From positions 17,153-49,152 of the forward strand of contig CAZROF010000002.1 in NCBI GenBank assembly GCA_964601675.1: DNA of 32,000 nucleotides. The letters are read 5' to 3'. How positions within the stretch are numbered: the stretch's first letter is position 1; each line of letters begins with the position of its first letter. Under the pieces are notes generated by a model that saw only the letters and a list, made by a program, of their open reading frames with translations, made no database searches and was not told the origin of the DNA. Of this stretch, positions 1 through 6,464 are shown piece after piece. A program made the translations under genes and the position numbers. The stretch comes from Candidatus Woesearchaeota archaeon. GTDB lineage: Archaea; Nanobdellota; Nanobdellia; Pacearchaeales; GW2011-AR1.

Positions 1-222
1 GTTAATATAGGAATACATACTATCAGCACCACTCCTTATTGGATTGCGATTTTAGGTGGCATATTTATGTTTTTTACTATTCCTTATATTCGGTACTTTT
101 TCGATGAGAGTGGATTAGATACATATGTAGAAAAAGCGAAAGTTGCTATTGAAAGAAATACCGCCACACAAAAACTTGCCAAGGAATCCAGAGAAGGTGA
201 AGTCGGGGCCGCCACAAGTTAA
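1..222 (+). CDS. 3' end of a membrane-protein gene (5' part lies outside the window)
   Basis: Frame 1 is open from base 1 to TAA at 220-222. The translation ...TPYWIAILGGIFMFFTIPYIRYF... has one hydrophobic helix followed by a charged tail. No family recognised. Confidence 0.35.
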   Translation, partial: VNIGIHTISTTPYWIAILGGIFMFFTIPYIRYFFDESGLDTYVEKAKVAIERNTATQKLAKESREGEVGAATS

Positions 223-260
223 TCCTAAACTTTTTTAAGTAAGAAATTCTATTTTAATCC

Positions 261-899
261 ATGAAAAGAGTTGTTTTATTATTTGTTCTGTTTGGATTAA
301 TCTTTGTCTCTGCCATAGAGCAACCTAGCACTGGAATAAAGGGAGAAGATTATCAAAAGATTCAAAATATAACTGGAAGTTTACCTATTGATTCTGGCAC
401 AGGTCAGATTGATTTTGGAAAATATAAACCATTTGAAACCAAGGCAGACAAAAGGATTGTTGCTATAAATGAATATGTGGGACCAATCACTAAAGTTCTT
501 TTCGGAGTAGAATTAACTTTAAGTTGGATATTTATTTTTTCGGTTATTCTTTGGATTCTATTGACCGAATTAATTATCATGCCAGTTAGTGAGATTTTTG
601 ACTGGAATATTTGGTGGAGTTTAATTGGAAGCGGAATTATTGCTACACTAGCTATGCAGGGATTTGGAAAGGATTTTGTGATTTGGATTGATTCTATTGT
701 GACAGCTTGGTATATTGGAATAATAGCTTTAATTATGGGAGCTGTTTTTGGTGTTGTTTATTCCATTGTTATGAAATACATTGGTACGAAAATTAAGACA
801 ATGAAAGAAGCTTCGGAGAAGGTTCAGGCTAATCAAGATAGAGCCACTATACATGCGGATGCAGAGGTTGCGAAAGAGGATTTGAAAAGCAGAATTTAA
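261..899 (+). CDS. Hypothetical integral membrane protein with N-terminal signal/anchor
   Basis: 212-aa ORF. It has a hydrophobic N-terminus (VVLLFVLFGLIFVSA), several further hydrophobic helices and a charged C-terminal tail. No family motif recognised. Confidence 0.6.
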   Translation: MKRVVLLFVLFGLIFVSAIEQPSTGIKGEDYQKIQNITGSLPIDSGTGQIDFGKYKPFETKADKRIVAINEYVGPITKVLFGVELTLSWIFIFSVILWILLTELIIMPVSEIFDWNIWWSLIGSGIIATLAMQGFGKDFVIWIDSIVTAWYIGIIALIMGAVFGVVYSIVMKYIGTKIKTMKEASEKVQANQDRATIHADAEVAKEDLKSRI

Positions 900-1111
900 T
901 ATTTTGGTTTCCTGAGATAAAGCATCAAAGCGAATGTTGTTATAAGTGATATTATTAGGGTTATAACCGCATACGAACTCATCTGCCCCACACCTATAAC
1001 AGCTCCCGTTGCCAGATTTTCTCTAAGAATACCCATATTTGATGTAAAGATTATTAGGGCAGATGTCAGATTAACCGTCAATGAAATGCCTAGGAGTATT
1101 CCAATTATCAT
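896..1111 (-). CDS. Small hypothetical membrane protein (71 aa)
   Basis: ORF with two or three hydrophobic segments, convergent with 261-899 (4-nt overlap). Stop codons are frequent in this AT-rich DNA, which favours a real gene, but there is no family signature. Confidence 0.4.
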   Translation of the reverse strand: MIIGILLGISLTVNLTSALIIFTSNMGILRENLATGAVIGVGQMSSYAVITLIISLITTFALMLYLRKPKY

Positions 1112-1130
1112 CTTATTTCATGGTTAAACT

Positions 1131-1138
1131 TTTATATA
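1131..1138 (+). promoter_or_regulatory. TATA box candidate for the exchanger gene (leaderless-type spacing)
   Basis: The sequence tttatata starts 27 nt upstream of the ATG at 1158, matching archaeal TATA-to-start spacing for leaderless mRNAs. Confidence 0.45.
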
Positions 1139-1157
1139 AGCCTTACTGTGAATTAAT

Positions 1158-2114
1158 ATGGTGATTACATATATTCTATTCGTGTTTGGGATTTATCTTC
1201 TGATTAAAAGTGCGGACTGGATTGTTGATAGCTCTTCTTCTATTGCTAAACGACTTGGTGTTTCCAATCTAATTATAGGACTGACTGTTGTTGCATTTGG
1301 AACTAGTTTGCCTGAGTTAGCTGTAAATTTATTTGGGGCTGTTAGTGGAAATAGTGAAATTGTATTTGGTAATATAATCGGAAGCAATATTGCAAATATT
1401 TTGTTAGTACTTGGTATTGTTATGATGATTGGAAAAATTTATATTAGAGAGCAGACTGTTTGGAGAGAAATTCCATTCGCCATGCTTTCAGCTTTTGTTC
1501 TGTTTGATTTAACTGGAAATTTGATTGGAGGAGGAAAAGAATTTTTGACCCGAAATGATGGGTTTGTTTTGCTGTCTTTCTTCGGGGTTTTTTTATATTA
1601 TATTTTTTATATCTCCAAGGACGAGCGAAAGTATTTCGATGTTAGTATGATTGTTGATAAATCTAGTTATATTGTTGGATTGAAATTAGTTTTAGGACTT
1701 ATTGGGATTTATTTCGGAGGAGAATGGGTTGTTGGTGGAGCCATTGAAATTGCTAGGGTTTTTGGATTGAGTGAGTATCTAATTTCTGCTACTATAATTG
1801 CTCTTGGGACAAGTTTACCTGAGCTAGTTGTTGGTATTGTTGCCGTAATGAGGGATAATGTTGATTTAGCCGTTGGAAATGTTGTTGGAAGCAATGTCTT
1901 TAATATCTTTTGGGTGTTGGGTATTGTGCCACTAATATCTCCTTTAGCTATTCCTAATTTTATTGGATTTGACATTGGGGTTATGTTCTTGTCTACTTTA
2001 TTGTTATTTGTTTTTGTTTTTGTTGGAAAAAAGGGGGAACTTAGTAGGACCGAGGGAATTGTATTTTTGTTATCTTATATTTTTTATATTTGGTTTGTTA
2101 TCATTCGGGGTTAG
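1158..2114 (+). CDS. Na+/Ca2+ exchanger family (CaCA / YrbG-type) membrane transporter
   Basis: Two alpha-repeat signatures: GTSLPELAVN...GNIIGSNIANIL and GTSLPELVVG...GNVVGSNVFNIF. About 10 hydrophobic helices and 318 aa, similar in size to archaeal NCX proteins. Confidence 0.9.
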   Translation: MVITYILFVFGIYLLIKSADWIVDSSSSIAKRLGVSNLIIGLTVVAFGTSLPELAVNLFGAVSGNSEIVFGNIIGSNIANILLVLGIVMMIGKIYIREQTVWREIPFAMLSAFVLFDLTGNLIGGGKEFLTRNDGFVLLSFFGVFLYYIFYISKDERKYFDVSMIVDKSSYIVGLKLVLGLIGIYFGGEWVVGGAIEIARVFGLSEYLISATIIALGTSLPELVVGIVAVMRDNVDLAVGNVVGSNVFNIFWVLGIVPLISPLAIPNFIGFDIGVMFLSTLLLFVFVFVGKKGELSRTEGIVFLLSYIFYIWFVIIRG

Positions 2115-2352
2115 AAAAAATCCGACAACCCTTTTTGTTTTTCCTTTTCTTTTATAGCTTTTAATTTTTGTATCCCTGATTCAATTCTTGCTTCTGAAAA
2201 ATCATGTTTTAATAATATTTCTTTCAATTTTATTTCATCAACTTCATCAAATTCTATATTTTCTATATACTCTGATTTATATTCATGAAATTGTTTAAAT
2301 ACTTCTTGCCAGTCGAATATGAAGTCAAATTTACCTGAGACATAGTTAAATA
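2111..2352 (-). pseudogene. Orphan duplicate of the fen1 3' end (last ~80 codons, no start codon)
   Basis: 2115-2352 is base-for-base identical to 4012-4249 inside fen1. The same frame ends in ...GLSDFF-stop (TAA here, TGA in fen1). Upstream the frame is closed by a stop at 2360-2362, and there is no Met. Confidence 0.8.
2115..2352. repeat. Left copy of a 238-bp perfect direct repeat
   Basis: Checked by eye along its full length against 4012-4249 (offset 1897 bp) with no mismatch. Identity ends at 2353/4250, and on the left becomes imperfect at 2114/4011. Confidence 0.9.
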
Positions 2353-2413
2353 AAATTCTTCAAAATCAGTTCTGATATCAAAATAAAATTCATGGAATTC
2401 AGGGACAAGTTTC

Positions 2414-3925
2414 CTATTTTTTTCCCTGAAGCACCTTTAAGTGAACATCGGATATTGGAAGAGGATAAACTTGCTGTCCTTTCCATAATTGACTTTTTGC
2501 GAATTGTGAAGTTGGGACTTGAGCAATTCCCCTTGATTGAGGATAATAGACAGGCTCTGGTTTTCCACACATTCCAGTTTGATAACTTTCATCATCCAGC
2601 AAAACCATATTAGCTAATGCCTGATTTATTCCGCCAGTTACCTGAAGAGGAATCACTCTTTGAGGTTCTCCATTTCTAATAACATAAGCTTCAGAAGATT
2701 TAACCATATAAGTTTTGTCCTGTGGCTGAGTATGTCCTTCATGTGAAACCAATAAAATCTTTCCTTCTAAATCAAGTTTTTCTGTATGTCCGTCAACAAC
2801 AGTGCAACTCATACGAGGCTGAGGAAACATTCCGTCTACATATTGGCTCGCATTTCCAACAAACTCACTTCTTTCTAAATTGATAAATTGTTTTAATTTT
2901 TCAGGGTCAGCATATTCACTCCCTAAAAAACCATCCACTTTTCCATCTTTAAAATGTGTTCTTTCTTCTCTTCTTCTTCCATAAGCATCAAAATAAGTAA
3001 AACCTGCAACTCTAAAGTCTGCTATTTTTTGAGCCGGATTATCTTTTAAAACTAAATTTTTATTTTGAATTCTTTGTCCGTGCTTAAATGTTCCAGATTC
3101 TCCAAAATCTAAAAATCTGATGGGCTCTTCAAAATGATGTCCAAAAATTTCATGAACTGGAACGCCGGTAAGCATAACAACATCGTAAAGTCCCGACAAA
3201 GGAATCCCTGCCCCTTCTAAGCTACCAAATATTAATGGAGAGATTCTATATAATTCTCCAAACGCTTGACTAAATGTCTTAGACTTCTTAATTCTTTTAT
3301 CTGGCGTTGGATCTGCAATATACTTAATCATTTCAGGTAATCTTCTAATGTCATCATCAGAATTGCATACAACCGATAAAGACCTACTCGTAGGAATTGG
3401 ACTATATCCATGAGAATAGCTCATTTCGAAAAAAGGGATAGATTGTATTACTTTTCCACCATTTGAATTAGCAATTATTCTTTGCTCAACTCTCAAAACT
3501 CTTGTTAACCTAGAATTCGTATATTCTCTTGTAAATTCTCTCATTTCATTGTCGTAAAAGTTAATACATTCAGGCATATTTTCAAAATGGGTCGCTTCTT
3601 CTATTGGCAATGGAATTCCTTTTGGAGAAAATCTAAATCTATGTTCCTGCAAATCTCTTGCTACTGCCACTTCATTAAAATTATAATCATGTAAATCATC
3701 TACTCCAGTTTGAGTATAAATTCCCTTGTCTAAATTTTCTTTATTAAAATTAGCTTCAGTAGTATTCCACTCTGACTTTTGCCCATTAATAAATGTGGCA
3801 CCTTCGTAAATAACCCTAGTATATCTAGAAACAGAATTCTCGTTAGGTCTTCTAAGTTCTTCCATCATTAAGTCAGCGACAGCTTCCAATTCTCTTTGAC
3901 TTCGTATTAATTCCTTTTTTGTCAT
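2414..3925 (-). CDS. tldD: TldD/PmbA-family metallopeptidase
   Basis: 503 aa. Contains the HExxxGH-type metal site (VHEIFGHHFEEP) and the C-terminal GMCGK...QVP block typical of TldD. Size is close to TldD. Confidence 0.8.
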   Translation of the reverse strand: MTKKELIRSQRELEAVADLMMEELRRPNENSVSRYTRVIYEGATFINGQKSEWNTTEANFNKENLDKGIYTQTGVDDLHDYNFNEVAVARDLQEHRFRFSPKGIPLPIEEATHFENMPECINFYDNEMREFTREYTNSRLTRVLRVEQRIIANSNGGKVIQSIPFFEMSYSHGYSPIPTSRSLSVVCNSDDDIRRLPEMIKYIADPTPDKRIKKSKTFSQAFGELYRISPLIFGSLEGAGIPLSGLYDVVMLTGVPVHEIFGHHFEEPIRFLDFGESGTFKHGQRIQNKNLVLKDNPAQKIADFRVAGFTYFDAYGRRREERTHFKDGKVDGFLGSEYADPEKLKQFINLERSEFVGNASQYVDGMFPQPRMSCTVVDGHTEKLDLEGKILLVSHEGHTQPQDKTYMVKSSEAYVIRNGEPQRVIPLQVTGGINQALANMVLLDDESYQTGMCGKPEPVYYPQSRGIAQVPTSQFAKSQLWKGQQVYPLPISDVHLKVLQGKK

Positions 3926-4007
3926 TTTATATATAAAAGTAAGGATAATCTTTATTTAAAAACTTTCCTATTGTAGTCACTATTAAGTAACATATACTAT
4001 TTTTTTC

Positions 4008-5033
4008 TCAAAAAAAATCCGACAACCCTTTTTGTTTTTCCTTTTCTTTTATAGCTTTTAATTTTTGTATCCCTGATTCAATTCTTGCTTCTGAAAAATC
4101 ATGTTTTAATAATATTTCTTTCAATTTTATTTCATCAACTTCATCAAATTCTATATTTTCTATATACTCTGATTTATATTCATGAAATTGTTTAAATACT
4201 TCTTGCCAGTCGAATATGAAGTCAAATTTACCTGAGACATAGTTAAATATTTCAACTGGATATTTATGTTGCTGGACTATCTCCAATGCTCTTTTCTGTC
4301 CGAGACCTTTTATCCCTCCTGGATTATAATCTGTTCCTACAAGTATTGCGAGACAGATTAATTGATCTTTGTCTATTCCTAATTTATTTAGAACAGATTG
4401 AAATTCTATTAATTCTGGTTTCACATCTATGTAAAGACCTGAGGGGAGTTTTTTTCTTCTAGCAGAAGTTAGGTTTCGAATTAAATATGGGGTTGCATAG
4501 AGAAGTGCATCATAATCTTGGGATGCTGCTGCCCAAACTTTATGTTGTCTTGCTAGAGTCGCAGCTTCGGCTTCTCCTTCGGATGGGGCTTGAATTACCG
4601 GTATGCCTAGCGCTTCTAGTAATTCTTTTGATTCCTTAATTATTTCGTCTGTTATTTTTACTGTCCGAGAAGAATATTTTTTCATTTCTTTTATATCGTC
4701 TCTTACTTTCGCTTGTCTATATTTTTCTTCGGCTATTCTTTTTGCTTCCTTTCTTTTTTCGATTTCTTGTTGTTTTAGTAGTGGTGGAATTCCATCGAAT
4801 ACATAAACTGGCTTGATTCCTTCTTGCAAAAGATTTATGTTTCTATAAAATAGTCCGGAGAGGTGAGATGTTATATTGCCATTTTTGTCTTGAAGTGGTG
4901 TCCCATCTGGTTGTCGAATTGTTGTAAGAAATTGGTAGAGTGTGATGTAGGCGTCTATTGCTATGGTTTTGTTTTTTAAGTCTGACAGATTGATTTCTTT
5001 TTTTGGCACTATTTCTGATATTTGTATTCCCAT
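4008..5033 (-). CDS. fen: Flap endonuclease 1 (archaeal FEN-1)
   Basis: MGIQISEIVPKKEI...AIDAYITLYQFL...GNITSHLSGLFYRNINLL..GIKPVYVFDG is the canonical FEN-1/XPG N-domain. The C-terminal QKGLSDFF is a PIP box. Start placed at the internal MGIQ (5033) rather than the ORF-track Met at 5081. Confidence 0.93.
   Translation of the reverse strand: MGIQISEIVPKKEINLSDLKNKTIAIDAYITLYQFLTTIRQPDGTPLQDKNGNITSHLSGLFYRNINLLQEGIKPVYVFDGIPPLLKQQEIEKRKEAKRIAEEKYRQAKVRDDIKEMKKYSSRTVKITDEIIKESKELLEALGIPVIQAPSEGEAEAATLARQHKVWAAASQDYDALLYATPYLIRNLTSARRKKLPSGLYIDVKPELIEFQSVLNKLGIDKDQLICLAILVGTDYNPGGIKGLGQKRALEIVQQHKYPVEIFNYVSGKFDFIFDWQEVFKQFHEYKSEYIENIEFDEVDEIKLKEILLKHDFSEARIESGIQKLKAIKEKEKQKGLSDFF
4012..4249. 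repeat. Right copy of the 238-bp perfect direct repeat (inside the intact fen1)
   Basis: Identical to 2115-2352. It encodes the FEN-1 C-terminus, including the QKGLSDFF PIP-box-like tail. Confidence 0.9.
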
Positions 5034-5081
5034 ACTGATAAATAGTAAGTTTAGATATAAGTAGTTTTTGGAATTATTCAA

Positions 5082-5636
5082 CTAACAAAATTCTGGGAAA
5101 TATTCCCTTGAGAATGTATTAATAATCCTTGATATCTCCTCCGACCTTATTTTCGCATATATCTTTCCACGGTTTCTTTTTTTGAATAATGGGACTTTCG
5201 TTTCTATAATTGGGCAAATAGGATGTACCATGCCGTAAATGATTTCTTTTTGTAACTCGTCTGGTATAGTATCAATTCTTTTTTCTAAGGACTTCTTTTT
5301 TTTATAAATATCCAGTTTTTTTAGTTTTAATTCTTGACTTTCTGAAAGATAATGTATACGTCTATTTAGTTTCGGAAAGAAGTCTTTGTTGATTTTTTTT
5401 AATGCTTCATATATGTTTTTAGTATGAAGGAATATTTTGAATTGTGAATATTCATCTATAACAGATAAAACCTCTGAGAAATTTAGATATGGATATATTT
5501 TACCTAATGGATTTTCTATTAAACTTATAACATATCTCTGATCATCTAGAAGTGCATTTTCTGGGGGATTACCTCCTAAGCAGGATAGGATTAGTGGGCT
5601 TTCGCTCTTGAGTCTTTTAGGTGGTAATGTTTTCAT
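5082..5636 (-). CDS. Hypothetical protein (184 aa)
   Basis: Long open frame in stop-rich AT DNA with Lys/Glu/Ile-rich soluble composition. It lies directly upstream of fen1 on the same strand. No motif recognised. Confidence 0.6.
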   Translation of the reverse strand: MKTLPPKRLKSESPLILSCLGGNPPENALLDDQRYVISLIENPLGKIYPYLNFSEVLSVIDEYSQFKIFLHTKNIYEALKKINKDFFPKLNRRIHYLSESQELKLKKLDIYKKKKSLEKRIDTIPDELQKEIIYGMVHPICPIIETKVPLFKKRNRGKIYAKIRSEEISRIINTFSREYFPEFC

Positions 5637-5680
5637 AATAATACAATGATTTCAAAATATAAATAGTTTTTGATATTGAA

Positions 5681-6127
5681 TCAACTTAATTCTGAACCTA
5701 ATCTATAACGGAAGATGTCTCCAATATCTGCTGGGACTACGCCCTTTTGTTTGCATCTCCGATAAAAAGTAATTGCAATGTCGTTATATTTTTCAATGTC
5801 ATTGGCAGCACTAAGTTCATTAAGCTCATGGTATACCTTAATTCTTGTGGATGCTCCCTTTGTAGATAATACTTTAACAGTTATTAGTTCATCAAGATAA
5901 TAATCTAATTCACTAATTCCCAGGGATATTATTTCATCATTAGTTTCTCCTTCATATAAAACTATATGGCTATATTCTTCCCCAGAAAATTTGTAATTAA
6001 ACTTAGCCTTAGGGTCTCCTCCTATTACTGATTCTCCCTTGTATTCCATTATAGCTTCCACACTATTATTAAAAGTAATTTTAGACCCCATATCTCTTGC
6101 TAGTTCTTCAATCATTTTCTTTCTCAT
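5681..6127 (-). CDS. Hypothetical protein (148 aa)
   Basis: Open frame with soluble composition. Its ATG shares one base with the stop of the upstream 76-aa ORF (TAATG-type coupling). No motif recognised. Confidence 0.6.
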   Translation of the reverse strand: MRKKMIEELARDMGSKITFNNSVEAIMEYKGESVIGGDPKAKFNYKFSGEEYSHIVLYEGETNDEIISLGISELDYYLDELITVKVLSTKGASTRIKVYHELNELSAANDIEKYNDIAITFYRRCKQKGVVPADIGDIFRYRLGSELS

Positions 6128-6357
6128 TATACAAAAGAGTCTATTGTGCTTCCGATAGTATTTTCAAAACAATTCCTATCTTTCGGGAAACTTTCCCTTA
6201 TTTTATTTTTATAATTATTATGTGGATGAGCATCCCTATCTTGCGGAGGTGTAATTTTTATAACTCCCTCGACATCTTTCCTCGAAGGATTCTTGTATTC
6301 TCGCATTTGAGTATATAATGATCCTCCTATTGGTGTTGAAATTGCTATTGATACCAT
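6127..6357 (-). CDS. Small hypothetical protein (76 aa), first gene of the 6357-5082 unit
   Basis: Hydrophilic composition is more protein-like than the overlapping plus-strand ORF 6097-6318, which is F/L/S/I-rich. It has a 1-nt stop/start overlap with the next gene. Confidence 0.4.
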   Translation of the reverse strand: MVSIAISTPIGGSLYTQMREYKNPSRKDVEGVIKITPPQDRDAHPHNNYKNKIRESFPKDRNCFENTIGSTIDSFV

Positions 6358-6434
6358 AACTATACCACAGCTAATAAGTTTATAAATCTTTTGTATGTTA
6401 TTATGCTGGAGTAGTCACAGTCTTTGCGCAGAAA

Positions 6435-6442
6435 ATATATAA
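6435..6442 (+). promoter_or_regulatory. TATA box candidate for polB
   Basis: The sequence atatataa lies 30 nt upstream of the ATG at 6465. This supports that ATG over the TTG at 6450 used in the ORF track. Confidence 0.45.
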
Positions 6443-6464
6443 AGATTGATTGATTGTTAAATAT

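Noticed and set aside
1963-2157. Plus-strand 64-aa ORF spanning the exchanger gene end and the start of the repeat
   Set aside because: It is out of frame within the motif-supported exchanger CDS. The hydrophobic peptide is an artefact of T-rich sequence.
2346-2613. ORFs 2346-2570 (-) and 2392-2613 (+) at the 3' end of the tldD region
   Set aside because: Both overlap the C-terminal coding part of the TldD-like gene in other frames, have low-complexity translations, and have no supporting signals.
5034-5081. 16-codon N-terminal extension of FEN-1 (MNNSKNYLYLNLLFIS) given by the ORF track
   Set aside because: FEN-1 proteins begin at the conserved MG(I/V)Q motif, which is present at 5033. The extension is hydrophobic and would abut the upstream gene's stop with no spacer.
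6097-6318. Plus-strand 73-aa ORF overlapping the 76-aa minus-strand ORF
   Set aside because: Its F/L/S/I-rich composition is typical of the antisense of a Lys/Glu/Asn-rich gene. It would also overlap the 5' end of the 148-aa gene. The minus-strand reading is preferred, with modest confidence.
6450-6464. TTG starts proposed by the ORF track for polB (6450), the glycosyltransferase (10358) and tpiA (20501)
   Set aside because: Downstream ATG or GTG codons fit better with TATA-box spacing (polB), ribosome-binding sites, or the conserved N-termini of the families. The TTG starts cannot be strictly excluded.
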